Positions 9,747 to 18,260 of a DNA stretch of 64,000 nucleotides are shown piece by piece. Position numbers and translations under genes: made by a program. Source of the DNA: Chloroflexota bacterium (GTDB lineage: Bacteria > Chloroflexota > UBA11872 > VXOZ01). The stretch covers positions 2,368,001 through 2,432,000 of the forward strand of contig OZ244922.1 of NCBI GenBank assembly GCA_965221905.1, in the 5' to 3' direction. The notes under the pieces are model-generated. The model searched no databases. It saw only the letters and a list, made by a program, of their open reading frames with translations, and was not told where the DNA came from. The first letter of the stretch is position 1, and each line of letters starts with the position of its first letter.

Positions 9747-11435
9747 TTAGAACTTTAGCGGCGGGTCTATGTGATCAGCCAGCCCAAACGCCTCTCGGGC
9801 CTCTGCCACCACAAACAACGAACCGGTTGCACACAAGACATCATCGGCTCCCATGGCGTCTAACCCGATCGAGACGGCCTGTTCCACGCTTTGCGCTTGG
9901 ATCACTGGTACACGCCCCCTTACCGCCTTTGTAACATCTCTTGGATCTAGGGCGCGCGGGTGCCGAGACTTCGCCACGATGAGCGTTTCGATTGCCGGAA
10001 TCAAGTCGTCCAGCAGGAGACCAATATCCTTGTCTTTGTTCGCGCCCAAAATACACAGCACTCTACGCCCAGGATAGTGCTCCACCAATGTTTCCCGCAA
10101 ACATACCATGGCATCCGGCGTGTGAGCGCCATCGGCGATTACCAAGGGCCAAGCGGACAACTGTTCGAATCGTCCCGGCCACCGCACCGCTTCTATGCCC
10201 TCACATACCGACTTTATCGACAGCGGCACGCCCTGCGCCGCTAGCTCTTCAACCACGGCGAGTACCACACTAAGATTAAGCCGTTGATGGCGGCCGCGCA
10301 GGGGAAACCGCACCGTCGCCGCTTCACCCAGGGTCTTTATCTTGCACACCTGCACAGGTTGAATCCAAGGAGGAGACTGAAAAGCGGTGCCAGGAGTAGA
10401 CTGGACTTCGCACTCTTCCGAATGGCCCGTCCCACCCGATTGGCCCGTCACCTCCAAGTGGTCCGTCTCTTCCGAATGGCCCGTCTCTTCCGAATGGTCC
10501 ATCTCTTCCGAATGGCCCGTCTCTTCAGAATGGTCCATCTCTTCCGAATGGCCCGTCCCTTCCGAATGGCCCGTCCCTTCCGAATGGCCCGTCCCTTCCG
10601 AATGGTCCGTTCGCGGTGAGCCTGTCGAACCGTAAACGGACAGCCCTGCGACAGGCTCAGGGCGAACGTAAGAGCAGACAGGCACCGAAGAATCATCAGT
10701 CATAGTGTCCGCGACGAGTTCACACCGATTTGCCTCTGCGGCAATCAAGCGGGCGCGGCGTTCTGCACACACTTCCTGAAACACACTCTCTACAGCGGCT
10801 GGGTTTGGCGCATGCACTAACACACCGCCCTCCTTGATGATCCCGGCTTTTTCGCGGGCAATGGCGGCAAGGGTATCGCCAAGTATGGCAGTATGCTCCA
10901 GACTGATCGACGTAACGACGGAAACCAGCGGCGTGAGGACGTTCGTGGCATCTAGTCTCCCGCCCAGGCCGACCTCAACGACGGCCACGTCTACGTCCGC
11001 TTCGGCAAAGCACAGGAAGCCCAGGGCCGTTGCTAGTTCATACGTCGTGGGCTTGCCGAGGTTTGGCTGCACGGCGGTCAGGGACTCCACCGCAACCGCT
11101 ACACGTTCGACAAGCCGAGCAAATACCCCAGGTTCGACGGGCACGTTGTCGATTCGGACACGCTCGCGAAAGGTGTGCAGGTGGGGCTGCGTATAAAGGC
11201 CGGTGCGAGAGCCGGCAGTGCGCAAGATAGACTCTATGATCGCTGCCGTCGACCCCTTGCCCTTGCTACCGGCAATGTGAACGCTTGAGAAGCGTAAGTG
11301 GGGATTCCCCAGGATGCGTAGCAGGGCGCTTATGCGGACAAGGGTAAAGCGTGGTGGTGCACCAACGCCAAATCCAATGCCGCGCTCCCAATCTACGAAG
11401 GAGTAAAGATACTGAAGAGCACCCGCATAATCCAT
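9747..11435 (-). CDS. folC: Folylpolyglutamate/dihydrofolate synthase with a large repeat-derived insertion
   Basis: HIAGSKGKGST, YTQPHL, EVGLGGRLDATN, EKAGI, WPGRFE, DGAH, TGSL. About 110-120 extra residues lie before GRHQ. Confidence 0.95.
   Translation of the reverse strand: MDYAGALQYLYSFVDWERGIGFGVGAPPRFTLVRISALLRILGNPHLRFSSVHIAGSKGKGSTAAIIESILRTAGSRTGLYTQPHLHTFRERVRIDNVPVEPGVFARLVERVAVAVESLTAVQPNLGKPTTYELATALGFLCFAEADVDVAVVEVGLGGRLDATNVLTPLVSVVTSISLEHTAILGDTLAAIAREKAGIIKEGGVLVHAPNPAAVESVFQEVCAERRARLIAAEANRCELVADTMTDDSSVPVCSYVRPEPVAGLSVYGSTGSPRTDHSEGTGHSEGTGHSEGTGHSEEMDHSEETGHSEEMDHSEETGHSEETDHLEVTGQSGGTGHSEECEVQSTPGTAFQSPPWIQPVQVCKIKTLGEAATVRFPLRGRHQRLNLSVVLAVVEELAAQGVPLSIKSVCEGIEAVRWPGRFEQLSAWPLVIADGAHTPDAMVCLRETLVEHYPGRRVLCILGANKDKDIGLLLDDLIPAIETLIVAKSRHPRALDPRDVTKAVRGRVPVIQAQSVEQAVSIGLDAMGADDVLCATGSLFVVAEAREAFGLADHIDPPLKF
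10413..10610. repeat. Tandem repeat, 11 x 18 bp, inside folC
   Basis: Consensus CYCTTCCGAATGGYCCRT on the + strand. It encodes (T/M)(G/D)HSE(G/E); two copies are degenerate. Confidence 0.97.
10608..10668. repeat. REP-like palindromic element inside folC
   Basis: CGTTCGC-GG-TGAGCCTGTCG ... CGACAGGCTCA-GG-GCGAACG inverted repeat, with inner hairpin CCGTAAACGG. Confidence 0.85.
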
Positions 11436-11441
11436 TGCGAC

Positions 11442-12083
11442 TCAGCGCTGCCCCGTCGCTATGGCCATAAACTCGTTGCGGGTACGGGGGTCTGAAAGAA
11501 AGAGGCCGCGCATTGCGCTCGTGATCATGCGCGAACCCGGCTTTTGGATACCCCGCATTGCAATGCACATGTGCTCCGCCTCGACCACAACCGCTACGCC
11601 CTTCGGCTTTATTACCTTGGCAATTGTGGCTGCAGCGTCGTCGGTCAAGCGTTCTTGCAGTTGGGGTCTCTTCGCCAGCGTTTCGATTACGCGAGCAAGC
11701 TTGCTGGCGCCCACGATTTGGCCGCTAGGCAGGTATCCCACGTGCGCTATACCCCAAAACGGGAGCAGATGGTGCTCGCACATAGAAAAGAACTGAATGT
11801 CTTTCAGAACTACCATCCCTTCGTACTCTTCGTGGAAACTTGCGTCTATGGCTGCAGTCGGATCGCGGAAGAGACCGGAAAAGAGAAACGCGTATGCTTG
11901 CGCTATGCGCCGCGGCGTTTCGCGCAGGCCCTCGCGCGCCGGATCCTCACCAATCGCAAGCAGGATTTCGCGTACTGCGCGCTCAATGCGCTCGGTGTCC
12001 ACCGGCATCGCCCCGTCGTCGCCTGCTGACTGTTGTGGGGCCAAGAGACCTTCCCGCTGCATTCCATCCACTTCTTTTCTCAT
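11442..12083 (-). CDS. folE: GTP cyclohydrolase I
   Basis: GEDPAREGLRETP, SMCEHHLLPF, GASKLAR, QLQERLT, HMCIAMRG. Confidence 0.97.
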   Translation of the reverse strand: MRKEVDGMQREGLLAPQQSAGDDGAMPVDTERIERAVREILLAIGEDPAREGLRETPRRIAQAYAFLFSGLFRDPTAAIDASFHEEYEGMVVLKDIQFFSMCEHHLLPFWGIAHVGYLPSGQIVGASKLARVIETLAKRPQLQERLTDDAAATIAKVIKPKGVAVVVEAEHMCIAMRGIQKPGSRMITSAMRGLFLSDPRTRNEFMAIATGQR

Positions 12084-12096
12084 TCGTTTAGGACCT

Positions 12097-12807
12097 CTAA
12101 GAGCCGTGCTGCAACCGTAATGCGCTACTAAGCGCCTCGTGCACTAACTTGCCCGCCAGATACCCAAGTTGGGTAGTCGGGCCGGCCTGCCGGATCCGCT
12201 CGCCTTTGCTAAGGCACGCAATAACGACACTGTCGCTAGGGGCACTCGTAGCGACGTACCCCTCACAGGTGGTAATTTCGTGTTCCACGAGAGTCCGTAC
12301 CTTCGCTTCCGTAGCGGTCATCATTGCGTTCACCATAGCGCCCATGGAAAGACTGGCATCAGTCAAGATTATTATGTCAATTCCACCCTTGTCATTCTCT
12401 TCATGTGGCGTAGACTTTCCAGCGGAACACCGCGTCGAAACATCCGCAAAGAGCAATACTATCATCTTCCACTTCGGTGTTTCCTCCGAAACCTGCAAGT
12501 AACCTTGCACGCTGCCTGCTGTGAGCACGCCCAAATAAGGCTCGTTAATGCCCGCTTGGATCGCCCAATTGTGTAGCTGCTGTACCGGGTCCGGCGACTG
12601 TTGCGCCTTAGCGGCGGACATTGCCACAATATTCCGCGTAAGCGCAAGATCGTCACCGATACTTGCACTACCCAAAATGCGAAACGGTGTTCTACTGGTC
12701 ACCCGAAGCACGTCGGCGGATTGTGAAAGCATGACGCCTTCGAGCAAGTTCTCGCCATCAGACATTTGGGTCATTGCGCGTCGCTTGTCTAGTGCTTCCA
12801 CAGGCAT
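12097..12807 (-). CDS. CbiZ (adenosylcobinamide amidohydrolase)-like protein, divergent
   Basis: GVLTA, GGIDIII, NAMMTATEAK, ATSAPSDSVVIA, GPTTQLG follow the CbiZ layout with substitutions. Confidence 0.7.
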   Translation of the reverse strand: MPVEALDKRRAMTQMSDGENLLEGVMLSQSADVLRVTSRTPFRILGSASIGDDLALTRNIVAMSAAKAQQSPDPVQQLHNWAIQAGINEPYLGVLTAGSVQGYLQVSEETPKWKMIVLLFADVSTRCSAGKSTPHEENDKGGIDIIILTDASLSMGAMVNAMMTATEAKVRTLVEHEITTCEGYVATSAPSDSVVIACLSKGERIRQAGPTTQLGYLAGKLVHEALSSALRLQHGS

Positions 12808-13260
12808 GGGTTACAGGAAACTTATCCTGTCATGGTTGATTGGGGCTGCATTGCCACTTTCAGTATTCATTGGAGCACCTACGATGTCAACTTACTCATG
12901 TCTTGACAACTGGTCACACCGATGTGAACTGCGACCGAGCTGCGCACGCCCGAATCAGGGGGTAAGGCCCAAGGAATAAGGTTGAGCCTTGAGCACTAGT
13001 GGCAAGAGCAAAGGTACTCCCATCGGTGGATCATGGATTCTTCTGCTGCGACTATGCGCGCATCCATGCTCACGGACGCGCAATCGCTCATCGCGAGTGA
13101 GCTTCGGTCTGAGATGTCCCTCTTATGCCCGGCGTGACGTCGACCCATTTCCAAGAGCATGCAGCGGTTCCTCCGCACGCCACAATGGCATAAATCTCTC
13201 CGACGACGTATCATTGTGGCAGAACTACCGTCTCACCAAGCTGCGGGAGCCCCAAGAGAA

Positions 13261-14292
13261 ATGCAACGCACCACACTCTCTGTCGCCGAATTGCGCCAAG
13301 CTCTAGACCGGCTTCCTCGTGTGCGCTTGGCGGTGCTGCCCACGCCTTTGGAAGAAGCTTCGCGGCTATCCGAAACGCTCGGCGGCCCACCAATCTTCTT
13401 CAAGCGCGATGACCTCACCGGTCTTGCCTTCGGCGGCAACAAGACCCGTCATCTCGAGTTCATCTTGGGTGAGGCGCTGCAGAGGGGAGCCGATACGATA
13501 ATTACGGGGGCATCGATACAATCGAACTTTTGCCGCCAGACCGCTGCTGCCTGCGCCAAGCTCGGCTTGCGCTGCATCCTCTATCTGAACGGCGAAGAGA
13601 CCGGTGCGCCGCAGGGCAACCTGCTGCTCGACCATTTAGCCGGTGCGGACGTGCGCCTGGTACAACTGCGGCAACTGCCTGACCTCATCGCACTTTGCGA
13701 ACAAGCGGCCGTTGAAGAACGCGAAGCTGGGCGGAATCCAATTGTCGTGGACTTGTGGCGCGGCATCGCCAGCTTGGGTTCGGTCTCCTATGTTGAATGC
13801 GCGCTCGAGCTGAAGGAGCAACTGGAAGAAATCGGCTTGCTCCGGGCTTCGATCTATCTTTCCTCCGCTACCGCCACGCAAGGAGGTCTGGCGCTCGCGG
13901 CGCGCGCCCTTGGCTTAGACTGGGAGATTATTGGCATTAGCCCCATCCGGACCGATCTGATACCGGCGGAAGTCGTAGCAAACCTGGCCAACGAGGCTGC
14001 TCAGCGCCTAGAGCTTGACTTGCGCTTAACGGCAGCCGATATCGAGAATCAGGAACAATACATTGGCCCCGGCTATGCGCTTGCAACTGAAGAGTCGCGG
14101 GAAGCCCTAGAACTCGTGGCGCGTACTGAAGGGATGTTCCTGGATCCCGTCTACACTGCAAAAGCCATGGCCGGCCTCATCGATCACATCCGTGCCGGCA
14201 AGCTCGATCCGTCGCGGCCGGTTGTCTTCTTGCACACCGGCGGTACACCCGCCCTCTTTGCTTTCAATCACTGGTACGCAAATTCGCAATGA
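13261..14292 (+). CDS. D-cysteine desulfhydrase / ACC deaminase family PLP enzyme
   Basis: KRDDLTGLAFGGNK, QSNFCR, QGNLLLD, LDPVYTAKAM, FLHTGG. Confidence 0.93.
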   Translation: MQRTTLSVAELRQALDRLPRVRLAVLPTPLEEASRLSETLGGPPIFFKRDDLTGLAFGGNKTRHLEFILGEALQRGADTIITGASIQSNFCRQTAAACAKLGLRCILYLNGEETGAPQGNLLLDHLAGADVRLVQLRQLPDLIALCEQAAVEEREAGRNPIVVDLWRGIASLGSVSYVECALELKEQLEEIGLLRASIYLSSATATQGGLALAARALGLDWEIIGISPIRTDLIPAEVVANLANEAAQRLELDLRLTAADIENQEQYIGPGYALATEESREALELVARTEGMFLDPVYTAKAMAGLIDHIRAGKLDPSRPVVFLHTGGTPALFAFNHWYANSQ

Positions 14293-14322
14293 GACCGCTC
14301 CCATTTGTGAAAGGCAGCGCCC

Positions 14323-14901
14323 GTGTCGAATTCTAACGGTGAGACGATCACCGGCAAGCTTGTTGCCGGCCTCCCCTTGGCTCCCTTGGAAAAGCGAATC
14401 AAGGCCGCGCTGTGGGACATCACTTTCTTCATCTTCGGTCTTGCCGCCGCGGCTATGCTCGCAGTAACCGCCGTGATTACGGGTGTCCTCATTCTTGGGG
14501 TATCCGTGGGTGAAGTGACTGAGGATACCGTCTATCCCGATGCGGCCCTCATCGTCCCGTTTGGTCTGGCAATCCTTATTATCGCACTGGCGCCTTATAT
14601 CTACTTTATCCAGGTGCCTGCCGAATACAGCGGCACTGCGGGCATGCGCCTGGTGGGCCTGCGGGCCGTCACCATCACCGGAGATTCGATGAACTGGAGA
14701 CAGGCCGCCACACGAGCACTCGCCATGCTTGTCTCCGTCGGGGCGCTTGGCGCCGGGGGATTCTGGATGTTCAAGGAGCCCAATCGCCGTACGTGGCACG
14801 ACCTGGCTGCGGGGACGTTCGTGATTGAGGAAGTGTACATACCTAAGCGGTTGAATCTCGACCCCTGGGACCCAATTAAAGAGGAAGACGACTCTTCATA
14901 G
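14323..14901 (+). CDS. RDD family membrane protein
   Basis: RIKAALWD, TAGMRLVGLR, RRTWHDLAAGTFV. Confidence 0.88.
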   Translation: MSNSNGETITGKLVAGLPLAPLEKRIKAALWDITFFIFGLAAAAMLAVTAVITGVLILGVSVGEVTEDTVYPDAALIVPFGLAILIIALAPYIYFIQVPAEYSGTAGMRLVGLRAVTITGDSMNWRQAATRALAMLVSVGALGAGGFWMFKEPNRRTWHDLAAGTFVIEEVYIPKRLNLDPWDPIKEEDDSS

Positions 14902-14988
14902 TCCCCGCAATAGATTCAAACTCCGCCCAAGACTTAGATTTTCCGATTCGGCAATTCACGTTTCGCTTCGTTTACAGAGGAGAATGTC

Positions 14989-16578
14989 ATGTACGACGTG
15001 GTCTTTGAAGGCTGCACGGTAGTAGACGGCAGCGGCGGACGGGGTTTCGTATCGGATGTAGCCGTTCAAGACGGCAAGATTGCAGCAATCGGTGCGCTGG
15101 AGCACCTGGAAGCCCGCCGGCGCGTGCTAGGACGCAACAAAGTTCTGGCCCCCGGCTTCATTGACATTCACACGCACTCTGACCTGCCTTTGCTCGTTAA
15201 TCCCCGTGCGGAGAGCAAGGTCCGGCAGGGCGTGACGACTGAGGTCATCGGCAACTGTGGGCTGGGTCCTGCGCCGCTCACTCCTGATACCAGAGATGAA
15301 ATTCGCGATACAAGCACGTTTCTCGCCAAGGGAAGCGCTGAGCTTGGCTGGGACTGGCTGCGCTTTGGCGAATACCTGGACACTATAGAGAAGAATAACG
15401 TCGCCCTGAATGTAGTGCCCCTCGTCGGTCACACGCCGCTGCGCATGGCGGCAATGGGTATGGATCGCCGTCCAGCCCAGCCTGAGGAGATCGCGCAACA
15501 GCAGAAGCTTCTTCGCGAATCGCTGGACGACGGAGCGTTCGGCATGTCCAGCGGCCTCATTTACCCGCCCAGCTCGTATTCAGACACGGAAGAGCTCGTG
15601 AGCCTCGCCAAGGTTGCGCATGAATACGGCGCGCTCTATTTCAGTCACATTCGCGGCGAGGGCGATACGCTGCTCCGTGCCGTAGCGGAAGCCATTGAGA
15701 TTGGCGAACGCGCCGCGGTATCCGTGGAGATTGCGCACCACAAAGCTACCGGCAGGAATAACTGGGGTAAAGTGCGGGAGGCAACGAATTACAGCGAGCG
15801 CGCCCAAGATCGCAATGTGAACGTCAACTACGACGTTTATCCATATACGGCCGGGAGCGGTGGGTTGGACCAGGTGGTGCCCAATTGGGCGAAAGAAGGC
15901 GGTTCGGGAGCAATGCTGGCGCGCCTCTACGATCCGAACACCTATGGCCAGTTACGCGCAGAGGCCGACGCGGATGGTCGCGAATGGGATAGCTTCTACC
16001 TGGTTTGGATCGATGCTGAGGCCTTCAAGCAATACGAGGGACAGGACTTCGCCGCCATAGGACAGAGCCTCAAGCTACACCCGCTGGACGCCGCCTTCCA
16101 TCTCATCATCGAGAGCCGGAACAAAGCCTCCATGCTGGCCTTCTCGATGAGCGAAGACGACGTGGAGTACATGCTCCAACACCCGCTCGGCATGGTGGGT
16201 TCCGATGGCTCCAGCCTCGCGCCGTACGGCCCTCTCAGCCAGGGCGTGCCGCATCCACGCAACTACGGCACATTTCCCCGCGTGCTGCAGGTCTATGTGC
16301 GCGAGCGCAACGTGCTCACGCTGGAACAAGCAGTCCGCAAGATGACGGGTGCGCCCGCAGAGAAGCTGGGACTATCATCGGATAAAGGATTCGTTCACAG
16401 CGGCCTGGATGCCGACCTCGTGCTCTTCGACCCGGCAACCGTAACGGAGAACGCCACGTTTGGAGACCCGCACCAGTATCCTACAGGCATCGACCTGGTG
16501 ATGGTGAACGGCCAGATCGTGGTAGACAACGGTGAGCACACCGGCAAACTGCCCGGCAAGGTGCTTCGCAGAAACTAG
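14989..16578 (+). CDS. N-acyl-D-amino-acid deacylase (D-aminoacylase)
   Basis: PGFIDIHTHSD, QGVTTEVIGNCG, DVYPYTA, GSDG, PHPRNYGTFPR. Confidence 0.93.
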   Translation: MYDVVFEGCTVVDGSGGRGFVSDVAVQDGKIAAIGALEHLEARRRVLGRNKVLAPGFIDIHTHSDLPLLVNPRAESKVRQGVTTEVIGNCGLGPAPLTPDTRDEIRDTSTFLAKGSAELGWDWLRFGEYLDTIEKNNVALNVVPLVGHTPLRMAAMGMDRRPAQPEEIAQQQKLLRESLDDGAFGMSSGLIYPPSSYSDTEELVSLAKVAHEYGALYFSHIRGEGDTLLRAVAEAIEIGERAAVSVEIAHHKATGRNNWGKVREATNYSERAQDRNVNVNYDVYPYTAGSGGLDQVVPNWAKEGGSGAMLARLYDPNTYGQLRAEADADGREWDSFYLVWIDAEAFKQYEGQDFAAIGQSLKLHPLDAAFHLIIESRNKASMLAFSMSEDDVEYMLQHPLGMVGSDGSSLAPYGPLSQGVPHPRNYGTFPRVLQVYVRERNVLTLEQAVRKMTGAPAEKLGLSSDKGFVHSGLDADLVLFDPATVTENATFGDPHQYPTGIDLVMVNGQIVVDNGEHTGKLPGKVLRRN

Positions 16579-16596
16579 AGGCAGCCCTGCCTCACC

Positions 16597-17337
16597 CTAC
16601 ACACCCAAAGTCAGCCGCTCGATCAGTGGTTCCGGCAAGTTGGCGTCACGCATCTCTTGCTGGGTTTTTGCCACGTCATAGGGCACACGCCGCATTTGGA
16701 ATGTACGGCTCTCGGAGTCGTACATTCCAAATGAAGCTGCCGGGTTGTAGTCACGGGGTTGACCGACGCTTCCCGGATTGATGATCATCCGCATCCGGCC
16801 ATCGAGGGGCAGCGGTTCGCCAGACTTCAACTCTATTCTAATGACGTCCGGTAACGAAGCACGTTCAGCCGCAATAAAGACGCATGGCACGTGAGTATGG
16901 CCCACCAAGCAATACGCTGTGGAAAAGTAAGGGAAACACTTCTGAGCCTCGTCGGATCGGAAGAGATACTCTTCCGTGGGTGCGCGCGGACTACCATGAA
17001 CTAAGTAGAAGTCATCTTCCTCCAGTGTTTCGGGCAGAGCGAACAGGAATTGCTGTGTTTCTGTGCTCAACTGCGCTGCAGTCCAGTGCGCTGCAAGTGC
17101 CGCATGGGGATTGAATCCCAATGCAGAGCGCCTCCCGCCGGCCACCCAATCGTGATTGCCTGCCACAACCAAGTTTGGGTAGCGACGAATTACAGCCACG
17201 CACTCATTCGGATTCGGTCCGTAGCCGACAAGGTCGCCCAGACACCAAATCTGATCGAACGGCATCGCCGCCGTAATCACGGCGTTTAGCGCTTCCAAGT
17301 TAGCGTGAACGTCCGCAATGATGAGGTAACGCGAAAC
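16597..17337 (-). CDS. Calcineurin-like metallophosphoesterase; start codon non-canonical or uncertain
   Basis: YLIIADVHAN, LGDLVGYGP, GNHD, HGSP, GHTH, NPGSVGQPRD. The first motif lies upstream of the first NTG. Confidence 0.88.
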   Translation of the reverse strand, partial: VSRYLIIADVHANLEALNAVITAAMPFDQIWCLGDLVGYGPNPNECVAVIRRYPNLVVAGNHDWVAGGRRSALGFNPHAALAAHWTAAQLSTETQQFLFALPETLEEDDFYLVHGSPRAPTEEYLFRSDEAQKCFPYFSTAYCLVGHTHVPCVFIAAERASLPDVIRIELKSGEPLPLDGRMRMIINPGSVGQPRDYNPAASFGMYDSESRTFQMRRVPYDVAKTQQEMRDANLPEPLIERLTLGV

Positions 17338-17572
17338 TTCCTGCTCCTGCTATTGAATCCACCGCAGGCACTGTGGGTCTCATTTGCTCTAAGTCAATGA
17401 GTTTCGCAATGCAACCCGTCAATCCCGCGCCAGTGGGATTCCATCTTGTCCGCAGCTAGTAGAAACCTATTTGCCGTCAGGTGTCAAAAGTCGTTGCAAG
17501 ACTCTGTTGCTCCGAGCAAGTGGGTTTCGCCAAGTCGAAGAGACTCTGCACAACCAATTTCCAAAATTGCCG

Positions 17573-17866
17573 CTAGGAAAACGGAATGAACTCAATCTGC
17601 CGGTCGTAGATCTCAATCTCCAGCGGCAAGCCCGTGATGTAGTCCGTTACCTTGTCGAGCATTGCGTTGGCATGACGCGTATCAGTGCTCACGCAGGTAA
17701 TGCCGATAACACACGATCCCCAAACGTCCTGATCCGCGACTTCGGCAACGGCCACGTTAAAGCGCGCTCGCGTGCGGTCGACAATGCTTCTTACCACACG
17801 GCGTTTCTCCTTAAGGGAGTCGCTGGCGTAAAGCTGAAAGGTGAGTTGACAGACGCCAATAATCAT
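17573..17866 (-). CDS. DUF503 / YlxP family protein
   Basis: MIIGV, SLKEKRRVVRS, RFNVAVAEV, QDVW. Confidence 0.9.
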   Translation of the reverse strand: MIIGVCQLTFQLYASDSLKEKRRVVRSIVDRTRARFNVAVAEVADQDVWGSCVIGITCVSTDTRHANAMLDKVTDYITGLPLEIEIYDRQIEFIPFS

Positions 17867-17936
17867 GCGGAAGAGTAGATTGTACTGGGCGCGCGCGCGA
17901 GACACGCACCGGCAATTTGGTTACAGAAAACGGGGG

Positions 17937-18010
17937 TCGGGGTGCCCGGATTTGAACCGGGGGCCTCATGGACCCAAACCATGCGCGCTACCAGGCTGCG
18001 CCACACCCCG
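17937..18010 (-). tRNA. tRNA-Pro(TGG), CCA not encoded
   Basis: CGGGGTG acceptor stem, D-arm GCGCAGCCTGGTAGCGC, anticodon arm CATGG-TTTGGGT-CCATG, T-loop GGTTCAAATCC. Confidence 0.97.
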
Positions 18011-18029
18011 TGCGGAAAGTACTCAATCC

Positions 18030-18059
18030 ATTGTATGCAGTCGCAGAGTCACGGGTCAA
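18030..18059 (-). promoter_or_regulatory. Sigma70-type promoter of tRNA-Pro
   Basis: TTGACC, 18 bp spacer, TACAAT on the minus strand, about 20 bp upstream of the tRNA. Confidence 0.6.
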
Positions 18060-18205
18060 CCTTGATCCAACCTGATCGCAAGGCCTAGCCCTGTTTTGGG
18101 TATGTCCGGCCCACCCAAAGAACTATCATTGACCTAGGCGCTCTGTTGGGACATTGGACAGTACGGACAGACATTCGGTGCGTAGCTATCATGCTGACGC
18201 ACTGC

Positions 18206-18243
18206 AAAAAGAAGAGGCGCAGGTGTCAGACCTGCGCCTCTTT
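18206..18243 (-). terminator. Rho-independent terminator
   Basis: AAGAGGCGCAGG / CCTGCGCCTCTT stem followed by a U tract on the minus strand, just after the SBP stop. Confidence 0.85.
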
Positions 18244-18260
18244 GCCACTAAGGACTAGCC

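Noticed and set aside
10413-10610. Repeat array as a CRISPR
   Set aside because: The units are contiguous 18-mers with no unique spacers, they stay in frame in folC, and no cas genes are present
10284-10696. Alternative-frame ORFs over the folC repeat (RMAR.., SSEWPV.., IRKGRA..)
   Set aside because: Stop-free by-products of the tandem repeat; only the FolC frame has homology context
12808-13260. Cobalamin riboswitch upstream of the cbiZ-like gene
   Set aside because: I could not find the B12-box or GGGAA core motifs on the minus strand; an Rfam scan would settle it
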